Assembly (NCBI RefSeq): GCF_000150275.1
Contig: NW_002060953.1
Location: 1,714,465-1,778,464, forward strand
From: Trichoplax adhaerens
Taxonomy: Eukaryota; Animalia; Placozoa
DNA length: 64,000 nt
Direction of reading: 5' to 3'
Of the stretch, positions 53,533-64,000 are shown in pieces. A program made the position numbers and the translations under genes. The notes beneath the pieces were generated by a model, which made no database searches, had not been told where the DNA came from, and saw only the letters and a list, made by a program, of their open reading frames with translations. Numbering within the stretch: the stretch's first letter is position 1; every line of letters begins with the position of its first letter.

Positions 53533-55646
53533 AAATAATTAGCTACGATTAGATATTTAATTTATTCTAATACTAGGATTGAAATCATTTTATTCCTTTA
53601 ATATCAACTATTAAAAGATGGTTGTGATTAAGAACTGACTGCTCAATGTCTCTACGAGTATATGCTTATACGCTGTAGTAGATAGATTTTACAATTCCTT
53701 AAGCTGATAATCCATTTACAGAAAATTGGAGCTATTAAAATTTCATCACGACAGCCATAACACCGTTAGATCATTAAGTGTAAGAGACTAATCTACTATT
53801 TAATGCTGACGTACTTTGTGTTACTGCTGCAATAAGCTCAAATTACGACATATATGTAATTAGAATGACTACAGTTACTTAATCTGCTAAAAATGCCAAC
53901 ACATGTGACTAATACGAAACTAGATTATAGTAAAAGAGGATATTTTGATGCAGTTAGATAACGATTAGTAACTATTAAGTATTAGCAGTATTGTCGTTCC
54001 AGAATACAAACTTATTTTTATAGCACCAGAATCAAATTTATACAATTATAATGACTAATAGTAACTCTTCTCATGCTCTGCGAGTTACGTGTGATTAATT
54101 ATATAGACACTTAACCTAGCTTTAGAAATTGACTTTAATAACAATAACTTTACGCCAAATATCACGACGGTGACTTGATGCAAATATTTAGTAAGTTACT
54201 CTTTACACGATTACTTAGGAATACCTTGTTTATGGCGTAATATGAGAATGGATCTATCAGATAGCATGATAATCGGCGGCAGAAAAATTAACGATTAGTA
54301 GTTAGTAGACAATATAAGCTTTATAAGCGCGACAGTTATAGAAACAAAAAGAATACGGAATGGATACCTGATACTATACTTGCCATATCACCAATCTCTT
54401 GATTGATATTTTGTCAGTAACGAACAGATTCTACTGCAATCTTTTTTGATGTAATGATTATATATTTTATTGCCGCGCACAAATAATTAGATTCAAGCAA
54501 GAAAAAGACAAATACTGAGCTTTGTAAAAGCCTTAAGTCAAATTAATTCTTTAGTCGAATCTGATTATAGTCATGCTTACGGTGTATGTAAGACGGTTAT
54601 TACAACAGTTGTAAGAATAGTTTGGTCTCAGTTGATAATACAGTATCATTGCAGTTGTAAATAAGGACAAGAAATACTCCATAAGGCATTTTAATATAGC
54701 AGTTCTTAAACGAAAACCTAATCTGAAAAGTACAGTAAAATAAAAGCACCCATTTCTTTTAATACGCAGTATCCAGGTAATTGGCATGTGTTAGAAAACT
54801 ATTACTATTCAAGTTTATAATTTAATTTCTAACAGAAACTTATCCAACATATAAATTATCGTCTTTATAGAAAATACGATATTTTTTATCATTCATACAC
54901 TTTTCTATACTTTCAAGAAATCTTTTGTCCAATAGTTTTGAGAACACTGTCAATATCATCGTATCAATTAAGAAATTTAAAGGATAGTTCATTATAAATT
55001 TATCTTTTATCAAATCTTCGCTTTAGTGTAAGGATTAATAGTTTAAATATGAATCCCAAAAATAATAATTCGTAATAGAACATACTTAGCTTTTGCTTAA
55101 TATTATTTAATAATTAATATGTTCGCTGGCTCATTAACAGCTATTTTAATCAGTAATGTAATCTATATTTTAATGTAAGTAGATGAGAAATCTAAATTTA
55201 GGTTTTTTATCCATAAAAATGAATGCAGCCATAAAAGTATTGTAATCTTCTATCATAATATCAAATTTTATGAAATTTTGTTATGCTACTCAGACCCCTG
55301 GCTATATCGATAAAATGATACAATCTAGTACTTTTGCTGAAATAAGCGAATATACTATTTAGTGTAAATATTTATGATTTAATAATGGTTTTGGTCTTAT
55401 TTATATCGTACCTTAAAATATCTCCAATCATACAATTATAAAAAGCCAGATTCTTGTTTACTATATCTGGATTATTATAATTTGTTAATGAGCCTCTAGC
55501 AATTCAAATAAGCTACCAAAATTTCAATGGGCACACGTCCAGCTGAACAGTGGCGATGATCTTGTAGTATAGACAAGTTCCATAAAAACTACCGGTTTCA
55601 CTTTACGAATCATTATTTAAGATGTAAGTTAATAAAACGATTTCAA

Positions 55647-56678
55647 CTAATAATCTTGGATGATTACTGGTCTATTTTCATCATTAAAAGTAGAGCTAAC
55701 TGTTTCTCGAAATCTTACGCGGCATATTTGTCGAAAAATTTTTAGGATATCTTTCGCCGCTCGATTTACTTAACTATCGAATTTTAACATTATCAGTGGA
55801 TTAATAATTGATACCGCTGCTGTAGTCGCAAACGAATAGTAGATAAATACGTATAATGCGCTATTCCGATTTCTGATTTGACGTTGCGGTTGTTGAGTAA
55901 AAGCCAGAGATAAGGTTGTTGCAAAATAAGGAACTGTAATAAGAAAATCAACCGATGTTGTAATGAGAAATGTTCGCATTAAAGCTCTTCCACCGTCACT
56001 CGCTTCTGTCCATCCTACTGAATTGATTTGCCTCGGTCGAACATATCTAACCACATAATGAATGATCTTCCAGTAAACTGCAATTAAAAATATTGTTGGG
56101 ATAATGTAAATTATGCTAGTATGTATTATTAAATAAACTGATATGTTAAAGCTGACGCGGGGAATATCGAAAAAATCGGGCTCATCTTTATAAATATCAA
56201 TAAAATATAGTAAAGGCAAGGATATGCTCACAGCAATAATGGCCACCGCAATCTGTCCTATAAGTGTGATATAATTTCTAATGATTGAACAACATCGTAC
56301 AGTAGGTGAAGAGATGAGAATATAATGGCTAATAGCTAAAGCATAAGCATAATATTAGTGCCCAAACAGCACTAGAAGTCGAAAGTGTGAAAGTCACAAT
56401 TCTACAAAACCATCAACCCGTCAACAAATTAAATATATTTCCAATGCTATAGGTAGAATACATAACTAATGAAAAATTAGCTACGATATCCGATACAGTA
56501 GCAATAAAAATTAAACGATAAGTACGCTTATAAAAGTATCGGTGATGAAATATTATAATCGGTAAAAATGTATTAATACAAAGGGCCATGCCGCAATTAA
56601 AACTGCGACGCTGGAAACCAAAGCATTTAAATTTTTATCATTTGCATTACTTGAACTATTGACAACAAGAGATTCCAT
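55647..56678 (-). pseudogene. Intronless rhodopsin-family (class A) GPCR pseudogene
   Basis: Starts MESLVVNSSSNANDK; TM5 YIIPTIFLIAVYWKII, TM6 FLITVPYF, TM7 SIINPLI. Frameshifts in the TM1-TM3 part and a premature TAA at 55770 before the helix-8/C-tail. Confidence 0.8.
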
Positions 56679-59138
56679 AAATAATGGATACTTTTAATTT
56701 TTATGCCTGTTAATTACAATAAAAACAATGTTAGGTGTAGAGCTGATAGAATCTATAAATCGATATCTTATTAATATAAAGCTGGTCAATAAATGTAGAT
56801 CGTGACTGATAAATCAAGATCTTATCGATTTAAATCTTTACGTTGGACGGTAAACAAGAACAAATATACTTCTCAATCTCGCCTAAACGATTTGAAGACC
56901 AAAGTATAAGATGACCCGCAATTCGAAATTACTGAATGATAGTAGACTAAGGCAAATATGAAAACTATGTTATCAACTAAAATCTTACTATACCATAAAC
57001 ACTAATTATACATGCTCTGTGTTTAAATAGTGCTGCGATGATATTAATCATTCGGAATAAGATATTTAAACTGCTTAATTGAGAAATAATAACGATAAAT
57101 TCTAACCGTCAACCTTTAATGCAATGAGATAGTGATGATATAAGCAAAGTAAATGAAATATAACTCATAATAACGGAAAAATTGTTATAATAAATTTTTG
57201 TGGATACTTGTATTTAAATGTAACGAGTTTGATTCTTCCTATTTAACCTTTTTGCATTCTGACTCAAATGAATAAACAACCAGCGATCCTTAAAAGTTTG
57301 TGACAATCCTGAATCTGCTAAATAATATCATATTGTATTCGTATTTATTGATAAAAAGTAATAAAATCGTAGACACTATTTAATACTGATTACTATCTAT
57401 ACAAAGAAGAAGTAATCTACGTTTTATAACATAACCTTATACTTTAGACAGTAAATACGTTCGTACAATGGAAGTATAAACTTCTTTTATGTTAATAATG
57501 ATACCACAATTTCTTATTAAGCAAGTCACAAAAAATTATATGCAACAAATGGATTCGTTAATATTTCACATTACCAAATACATCTACCTTAGAGTGCATT
57601 CTGAGGGTAAACTTTTAATAGCTGATACAGTTTAAAACATCTAGAAAGCTGGAAAATGTCATTAAAAACATGATCCAAAGTTAATGTTATAATTTATAGA
57701 CTAAAATCAGCGATTTCGAAGTAAATTACTGATTAGGCTGATAAAAGAGTATTTGTTAAATTTTTTGTAATGTTAATGGATTAACTTATACACTTAGGAG
57801 CATACTTGAAATAGTGTTGTTGTTTCTACACCATATTATATAATTTCTCCTGCTCCACCTCCTGTGGCTTAGAATAATTCATAGAATTTTAAAATATTAA
57901 AAACGTTTAATTTATATAAGGGATGCATCAATTTTATTATTAATTTATTCTAGGTGAATTGTATTTCGCTTAATAATTGCACTAACATTTTTTCCTTAAT
58001 TCCTTGCTCAAGATTCAAAAATAAATAAGCGGTGCCATCAAGAGCACAAAAAACAATATTTTACAGCTCTAGAACAAGCAGTTATCTAAAGCAATCAAAG
58101 GGTTGAGTAGCAAAGAAATGATCAGTAACGACTTTTTTCTACTATGTCTAACTTTGTTATAGTACTATAAAGATCTATAGCCCTTTTATTTGCGTAATTT
58201 TGCTAATAAATCGTCCTATTGGGCATATACAAATGTATCAATATCTCAACAATCGTGCTTTTATGCTATACGTATCCTGAATAAATTTTAGAGCGAGAGA
58301 TTATAGTTACTAACTAAACGGCGACAATTAAATTGTAAAATGTCTTACAATCAATTTAAGTCAAATATGAACTAAGATTATGATATTATTATAGATTTAG
58401 ATGAAAAAAAAGATTTCTAATCGATTGTACTTAATCTTTATGTTGCGTTTATCATACCGTATTTTTATACCATTTACAACCTTTTAAGTAGGATTTTAAG
58501 TCATTGTGAAATCTATTAATCTGCATTAACTATCTTCACGAGAAATTTTGCTGATATTATTTATCAACGTTACTGAACTCTTCTGGGCATATCTTATTTA
58601 AATTGCCAAAATCTTTGTACGTATTTTTTAAAATATCTCTTAGCGAGCCCTAGTTAACAACAACGCATCAATCGTAGAAGTTTTAGTATAACATTCATTG
58701 TTTTTTTATGTCATGGAAATGTTTTCTTTTTCTTCGTGAACATTTACTTTTAGTGATTTATTGTTGTCTATTCATAATTATAATGTTATTCTTGTTCTTG
58801 TTTGTTGTAATTTTATGACGTGACATGAAAGTCACATTCGGAAAGTTTAGTTAGGAAAATAGAAAATAAGGTGGAAATTGGTAAAGGTTGAGTTTATTGT
58901 TAATTAGTTAGACTGTTATTTTTATGACTGAATCTTAATGTTTAAAGGTTAATTTTTAAACTTTTATAATGTATAAATGATAGAAATTATGTTGGAAGTG
59001 AAGTTTGATGTATTTTATAGTAAACTTGCTGGTTTTATGGTGTTTTGTAAGGAAATAGTAGGGTAAATTGTGTCTGAACTTTGAATGATGTAGTAAATGT
59101 TTAGTTTAAGTACCTCTGACGGCTCTACGAAGCGATTC

Positions 59139-59512
59139 GCCTATAAATGATAGTGTAATTAGAAAATTTAGAGGGAGAGTAGAAGAAGATTCTTTTGAAG
59201 AACTTGTTAAATTTAAAAGGCCTTCGGGGTCGAATTGTCGTAAGTTAAAATGGTCTTCTTTATGAAAGGTTGTTTGGTTGTTGACAGTTTTTAAGTCCGT
59301 CACTCATTTTATTAATACTAAAAGTTAAGTGTTTGTAAGGTTGTTCGGTTTATACTTTTCTCCATTTTATTTGTAATAAATTGCTGTTCGATTATTTCCC
59401 CAAATATTATTTGGGGACAAAGTTTCGTTAAGTCGACTGGAGTGCAACGAAAGTAGAATCAAAGTTTATTAAAGTTTTGTAGCTTGATCTTTACACTTTT
59501 CATTTCATTACA
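59139..59512 (-). repeat. About 375-bp repeat, inverted relative to 61154-61532 (TGTAATG terminus)
   Basis: Reverse-complement match; explains the twin MTDLKTVN ORFs. Confidence 0.85.
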
Positions 59513-59639
59513 TCAGAGTAAAATACGTACGAGTATAAGGTAGATAAAAGTTTAACGACCACATATAAGATCCACAATGCCTTTTCTTCTGATCTTGAGC
59601 AGAGCTCACATTAGACGGCTTGTAGTTGCCGCAAAGCCT

Positions 59640-60503
59640 TCTATATTATACCATTTAATCGTGTGTCCCAAATATGACACAATGTTGCATGCGAAATTAC
59701 ACTTTTCTTCTTTAACACTAAATCCATATTGTCGCTATCGATCGAATACCAGTTCCAGGTGCTGCAAATGTTCCTTCCAATTTGCACTATAGAACATAAT
59801 GTCATCCAAGTAGACACTAGCAACTCCCGGCAAATCTTTTAGCACTGCATCCATCAAACGCTGGAAAGTAGCTGGAGCACTGTGTAATCCAATCGGCATA
59901 ACTTTAAATTCGTACAACCCAAACGGCGTTATAAATGCTGTTGTCTTTTGTGAATTCGGAGGTAAGGGAATTTGCCCATACCCCTTCGACTGATCAATAG
60001 TTGATATAAACTTCGCTTGCCGAATACGATCCAAAATTTCTGTTATCTTCGGTATTGGGTAGGCATCCATTTCGGTCACGGCATTCACTCTGCGAAAATC
60101 CACACACGGGCGATAAGTGCCATTCTTCTTCCTAACTAGCATCAATGGAGAAGCCCAAGGACTATTTGAGGGTTGAATCACATTCAGCTGCAACATTTTT
60201 TGGATTTCTTTTCTTACTTGCTCTCTTTTCGCGTAAGATAGCGGGTACGGCTTCATCTAATCGGTTCTGATTTCAGTAGTCGAATATTGTGCTCCACGAT
60301 CTCCGTCCGCCCAAGCTTCTTGGTAAACAATTCTTTAAATTTATTAATTAACTGTTGCAATTGCTTACCCTGGTTTTCACTTAATTGTTGCGGTACCTTT
60401 TCTTCTTTATGGAAATCTTCTAAACTTGCATTCTCATCTTCGATCTGCACGATCTGGACTGTCTGCATCTCGGATGATTTTATCAATTTCTTCAACAAAT
60501 TGA
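59640..60503 (-). mobile_element. Decayed Ty3/Gypsy LTR-retrotransposon pol fragment (reverse transcriptase)
   Basis: PSNSPWASPLMLVRKKNGTYRPCVDFRRVN, DAYPIP, KTTAFITPFGLYEFKVMP.GL..APATFQRLMD, VYLDDI, then after a stop EKC..YLGH. Frameshift at about 60255 and stop at 59735. Confidence 0.93.
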
Positions 60504-61071
60504 TGTAGTAAAGGACTAAGAGTAGAGTCCTTTATAGCTTTTAGTATGTAACTAGTATTATTTTACTATAGAAAATACCTACAAAGTGATAGTGTCTTTA
60601 AGTTTTACCTGCTAAATCATCATGTCGTCATCTTTTCTTATTCATTATTTTACAAGGCATTATATAGATTACTATAGAAGTAGCCCTAGAGCAATTACCT
60701 AATCTAAAGGAAGGGCGTTTGATCGTCTATTTAAATCGTAAGTGAATTTGACTTAGTAACAAAACCCTATCCTTAGAGAAATGGGATTTATAACATAACG
60801 GAAAAGTACTGTAATGTAGTCTATAATCGTACAGTTACCGTACAGTCTGACGCTAAAACATCAACTGTCAATACTCAGCGATACTAATGTCAGAAAACCA
60901 GTCGTAGCAGTCATATAAATTTTTTTGATAAGCGATTACTGTGATCTTTTTAAAAACCGAATTTTTCGGATTCGGATTCCGGAATCGGTCGGATTAATGT
61001 CCGATATAATTTTTCTGTTTTAATTTATGTCTGATATTAATTTTCTGTGGTAATTTTTGGATTTTAGTTTA
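60504..61071 (+). mobile_element. Single-arm copy of the 20361-21457 foldback repeat, truncating the Gypsy pol
   Basis: tgtagtaaaggactaagagtagagtcc... is colinear with 20361-20946. Confidence 0.88.
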
Positions 61072-61153
61072 CGAAAAATATCGTAAGAGTTGATTTTTGA
61101 AATTTAAACTTTTTGTTATGAATTTGAAACTTTAGAATTTTATGACGTGACTT

Positions 61154-61532
61154 TGTAATGAAATGAAAAGTGTAGAGATCAAGCTACAAAACTTTAACAA
61201 ACTTTGATTCTACTTTCGTTGCACTCCGGTCGACTTAACGCTAATACTTTGATACCAAATAAAATTTGGGGAAATAACCGAACAACAATTTATTACAAAA
61301 CAAAAATGGAAAGAAGTATAAACCGAACAACCTTGCAAATACTTAGCTTTAAGTAATATTAAAATAAATGACAGACTTAAAAACTGTCAACGACCAAACA
61401 ACCTTTCAAAAAGAAGAACGTTTTAACTTACGACAATTCGACCCCGAAGGCCTTTTAAATTCAACAAGTTCTTCAAATAAAATCTTCTTCTACTCTCTCT
61501 CTAAATTTTCTAATTGCACTATCATTTATAGG
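61154..61532 (+). repeat. Second copy of the 59139-59512 repeat
   Basis: Begins tgtaatgaaatgaaaagtgta. Confidence 0.85.
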
Positions 61533-61538
61533 CTTCGT

Positions 61539-61825
61539 ATTCCTTTTTAGTTAGTTAGTCGGTTAGATAGTCAACTAGTTTTTCAATTGATATTTAATTG
61601 TAAAGACTATAATCTTGGGTGCCGAGATTTCTTCAGTATTAAATGATAGTAAATCTCTGACTTTCTCGTCTACACTATCTGTGACGCTATAATTATACCA
61701 TAATATTCGGTCGTTGGAACTGAATTATTTGGTGATATAGCTAATCTCGCCTCTTAAGTTAGTAAGTGGCGTTCTCCGCAACGATTGGCGTGTGTAGACT
61801 ACTTTGTCACTAGTGGTGTGTGACA
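61539..61825 (-). mobile_element. Partial copy of the 1923-2257 LTR-like repeat
   Basis: Reverse complement of 1923-2209; terminus ...ggtgtgtgaca. Confidence 0.8.
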
Positions 61826-62740
61826 TCCATATATTATTTTTGATGACTGGAACTAACTTCCTTTAAATAATTGTCCTTACATAGAAGTATTTGATAATGC
61901 AGTATTACCATAAAAGCTTAAAAGAAAACTTCAGCTATCGGTGTTATCTAAGATCGATTACAAATACCCTTTAAACACATATAGCTTCAATAATATAATG
62001 GATCAAGTGATAATTGTACTGTTTATAATGGATCTAAATTCTTGTGTTAATACCTAATCATGTAATATCGCAATTCCTAGCTAGTAACTGCCGAGCTAAA
62101 TTTCAAACGAAGATGGGACAGTTATCAAATACTTAAGTGATCATTGTGATAAAATTAAATACAGTATGGTTTACTAGATACATTAAAATATAGCCTGTTT
62201 CATTGATTATGAATTACTACATTTTAATAATATCAATAGTATAAGATTCCTATTTCGAAAGGACTGGCTAATACTTCTTCTTCTTAAAACTTGACTATGT
62301 ATCATCATTCAGCTCCTTCTAAGGTTAAGATTTTGAAAATTTTCTAGTAAACATATGTAAGCTAAATGTAAAGAAATCAAACAACTGCAAATACGACAAG
62401 ATTATATGAAATTACAGTTTAACAAAGATCCAGACAAGGATTTTTGGAGTCATAAATTACCATCGCTTTAAAATGATGATTAGGTATGGTAGAATTCAGC
62501 ACTATAGCTTTAAATTCTCATATACTGACTGTAAACGTTAATATCCTAGGGTATTTTAAGTCATACTGGCTATATTTAAGATTAAATCAATTTAAATCTA
62601 AATTTCCGTTCTAAATTAAAACTCGCTATCGTTAATATAAAATAAACAACAACTGAGATAATTTAGATGTCGCAAGATACAGTGAAATCTCTTCAATTAG
62701 TTTATTAACAAGCTAATCCAATCGAAAAAATTGCGTAACA

Positions 62741-64000
62741 TATAACACGAAGCAGATATCATGCGACAAATCTATTCTCTTCCAATCCATTATGATCTAC
62801 ATTGCAAGTTAAGCGCCTAATTATAATTTTTCTAATTAGATATGCAGATAGGAAAGAATAGTGGGCGCGTTGCTACGGTAATCAATCATCTCTCACTTGG
62901 CATACTTGATTCTAGATCAATTCCTCAAGCAATAATGTTTACTATCAAAGTTAGTAGAAATATTGTAGACAGTTTGCTAGGCCTATACCGTATAAAAATT
63001 TTCTGATTTTGCGCAGATAAATAGGATTATGGAAATGAAGAAATGATCATGCGATTTGAAGCCTTTATTATGCTTTACTATTCGTGGTAGAAGCCTAAAT
63101 TTAGAGGAAGAAAATCATTTTATGCCTTTAGCCTAGATTGCCATCAGATTTACATCAGATTTACACCAGGTAGGCTACACGCTTTGATCGTTTGAATTAT
63201 CACTTATGCTAATTTAATTAAGTAAAATAAAATCGATTACAGTAAACTGCCATATCCAGAAACGTTATTGCACGCATATAATGTAACTGAATTCGACTAA
63301 TTATTTCGGTAGATCTCTTTCGGTTATGGTAGTAAACACTTGTTTGATCGTGATCAACTTCTTGCTATTGAGTCAATACACTGCAGTTTCCGAATTAAGT
63401 ACGTCAATCTGACCCTACAACAGAGTACATGGAACAAAGCCTAAATTAACTTCAATTCTGTCTTTTTCACACCCGTTGAAAAGTTATAATATCTGTCGAA
63501 TTAGGTCTGTTCATCTTCCATGTGCTTACGTAACTCTAATAGTAGCATCAAAGTTATTATTACGAATCTAGCAGAAGTTGTAGCGGCCATTCTTCAACTG
63601 TCACTAAGCTTTAGCCTATCTTTGAGACGTATTTTCGGTAGTTGTTTATGAAAACCGTAAACAAATTGCTGTGTGATATTCTTAGTATGGACACGTAATG
63701 CTCTGATTCTGATTAATATTTCACTATCATCTATACATCAGTTCTTATATAATCTAATATAATAAGATGGTAATCTCTTCCATTTCATACATAACTTGAT
63801 GTAAGATTTCAATATCCACGATTTAGCGTTCTGATTAATTTACTGGACATTTACCTTAGAGTGATTATCGACACTTAGCTGTCTTTCTATGCGAAACATA
63901 TAGAAGAATAATTTTACTGCATTCATAATCTTTATATTTCTTTTTTCGTTATTAGTATATCGTTCATTATTTTCTAAGAGCAATAACCTAGAAAGAAAGA
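62741..64000. repeat. About 1.26-kb inverted repeat, right copy (runs to the window edge)
   Basis: Reverse complement of 52270-53532. Confidence 0.95.

Noticed and set aside
59139-61532. The 375-bp repeats as the LTR pair of the Gypsy element
   Set aside because: They are inverted, not direct, and no PBS or PPT was seen. The MTDLKTVN ORFs are by-products of the repeat.

Overview
AT-rich, intron-containing animal genomic DNA. Short GT-AG introns, Roco/CARD/DD/TIR gene content and an intronless rhodopsin GPCR suggest an early-branching metazoan such as a placozoan; this is inference, not proven. The window holds a co-oriented (all minus-strand) cluster of six death-fold genes, reconstructed here by hand from splice sites. 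From right to left: CARD-TIR (49370-51341, TIR keeps the NADase-type Glu), CARD-DD-Roc-COR-Cys cluster-DD Roco GTPase (38969-44040), a possible CARD-only gene (34218-34526), a CARD-DD adaptor (15994-17398), a gene encoding an unknown helical domain, a coiled coil and a DD (6323-9917), and a CARD exon of a gene running off the left edge (575-869). Interleaved on the + strand is a four-copy phospholipid scramblase array: one intact 8-exon copy and three pseudogenes. Also present: a GPCR pseudogene, a decayed Gypsy RT fragment within nested repeats, a 1.1-kb foldback element, a TGT-ended TIR element filled with a 20-bp minisatellite, a 108-bp higher-order satellite, a 1.26-kb inverted duplication and a 50-N assembly gap. 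All exon models are manual predictions without expression data.
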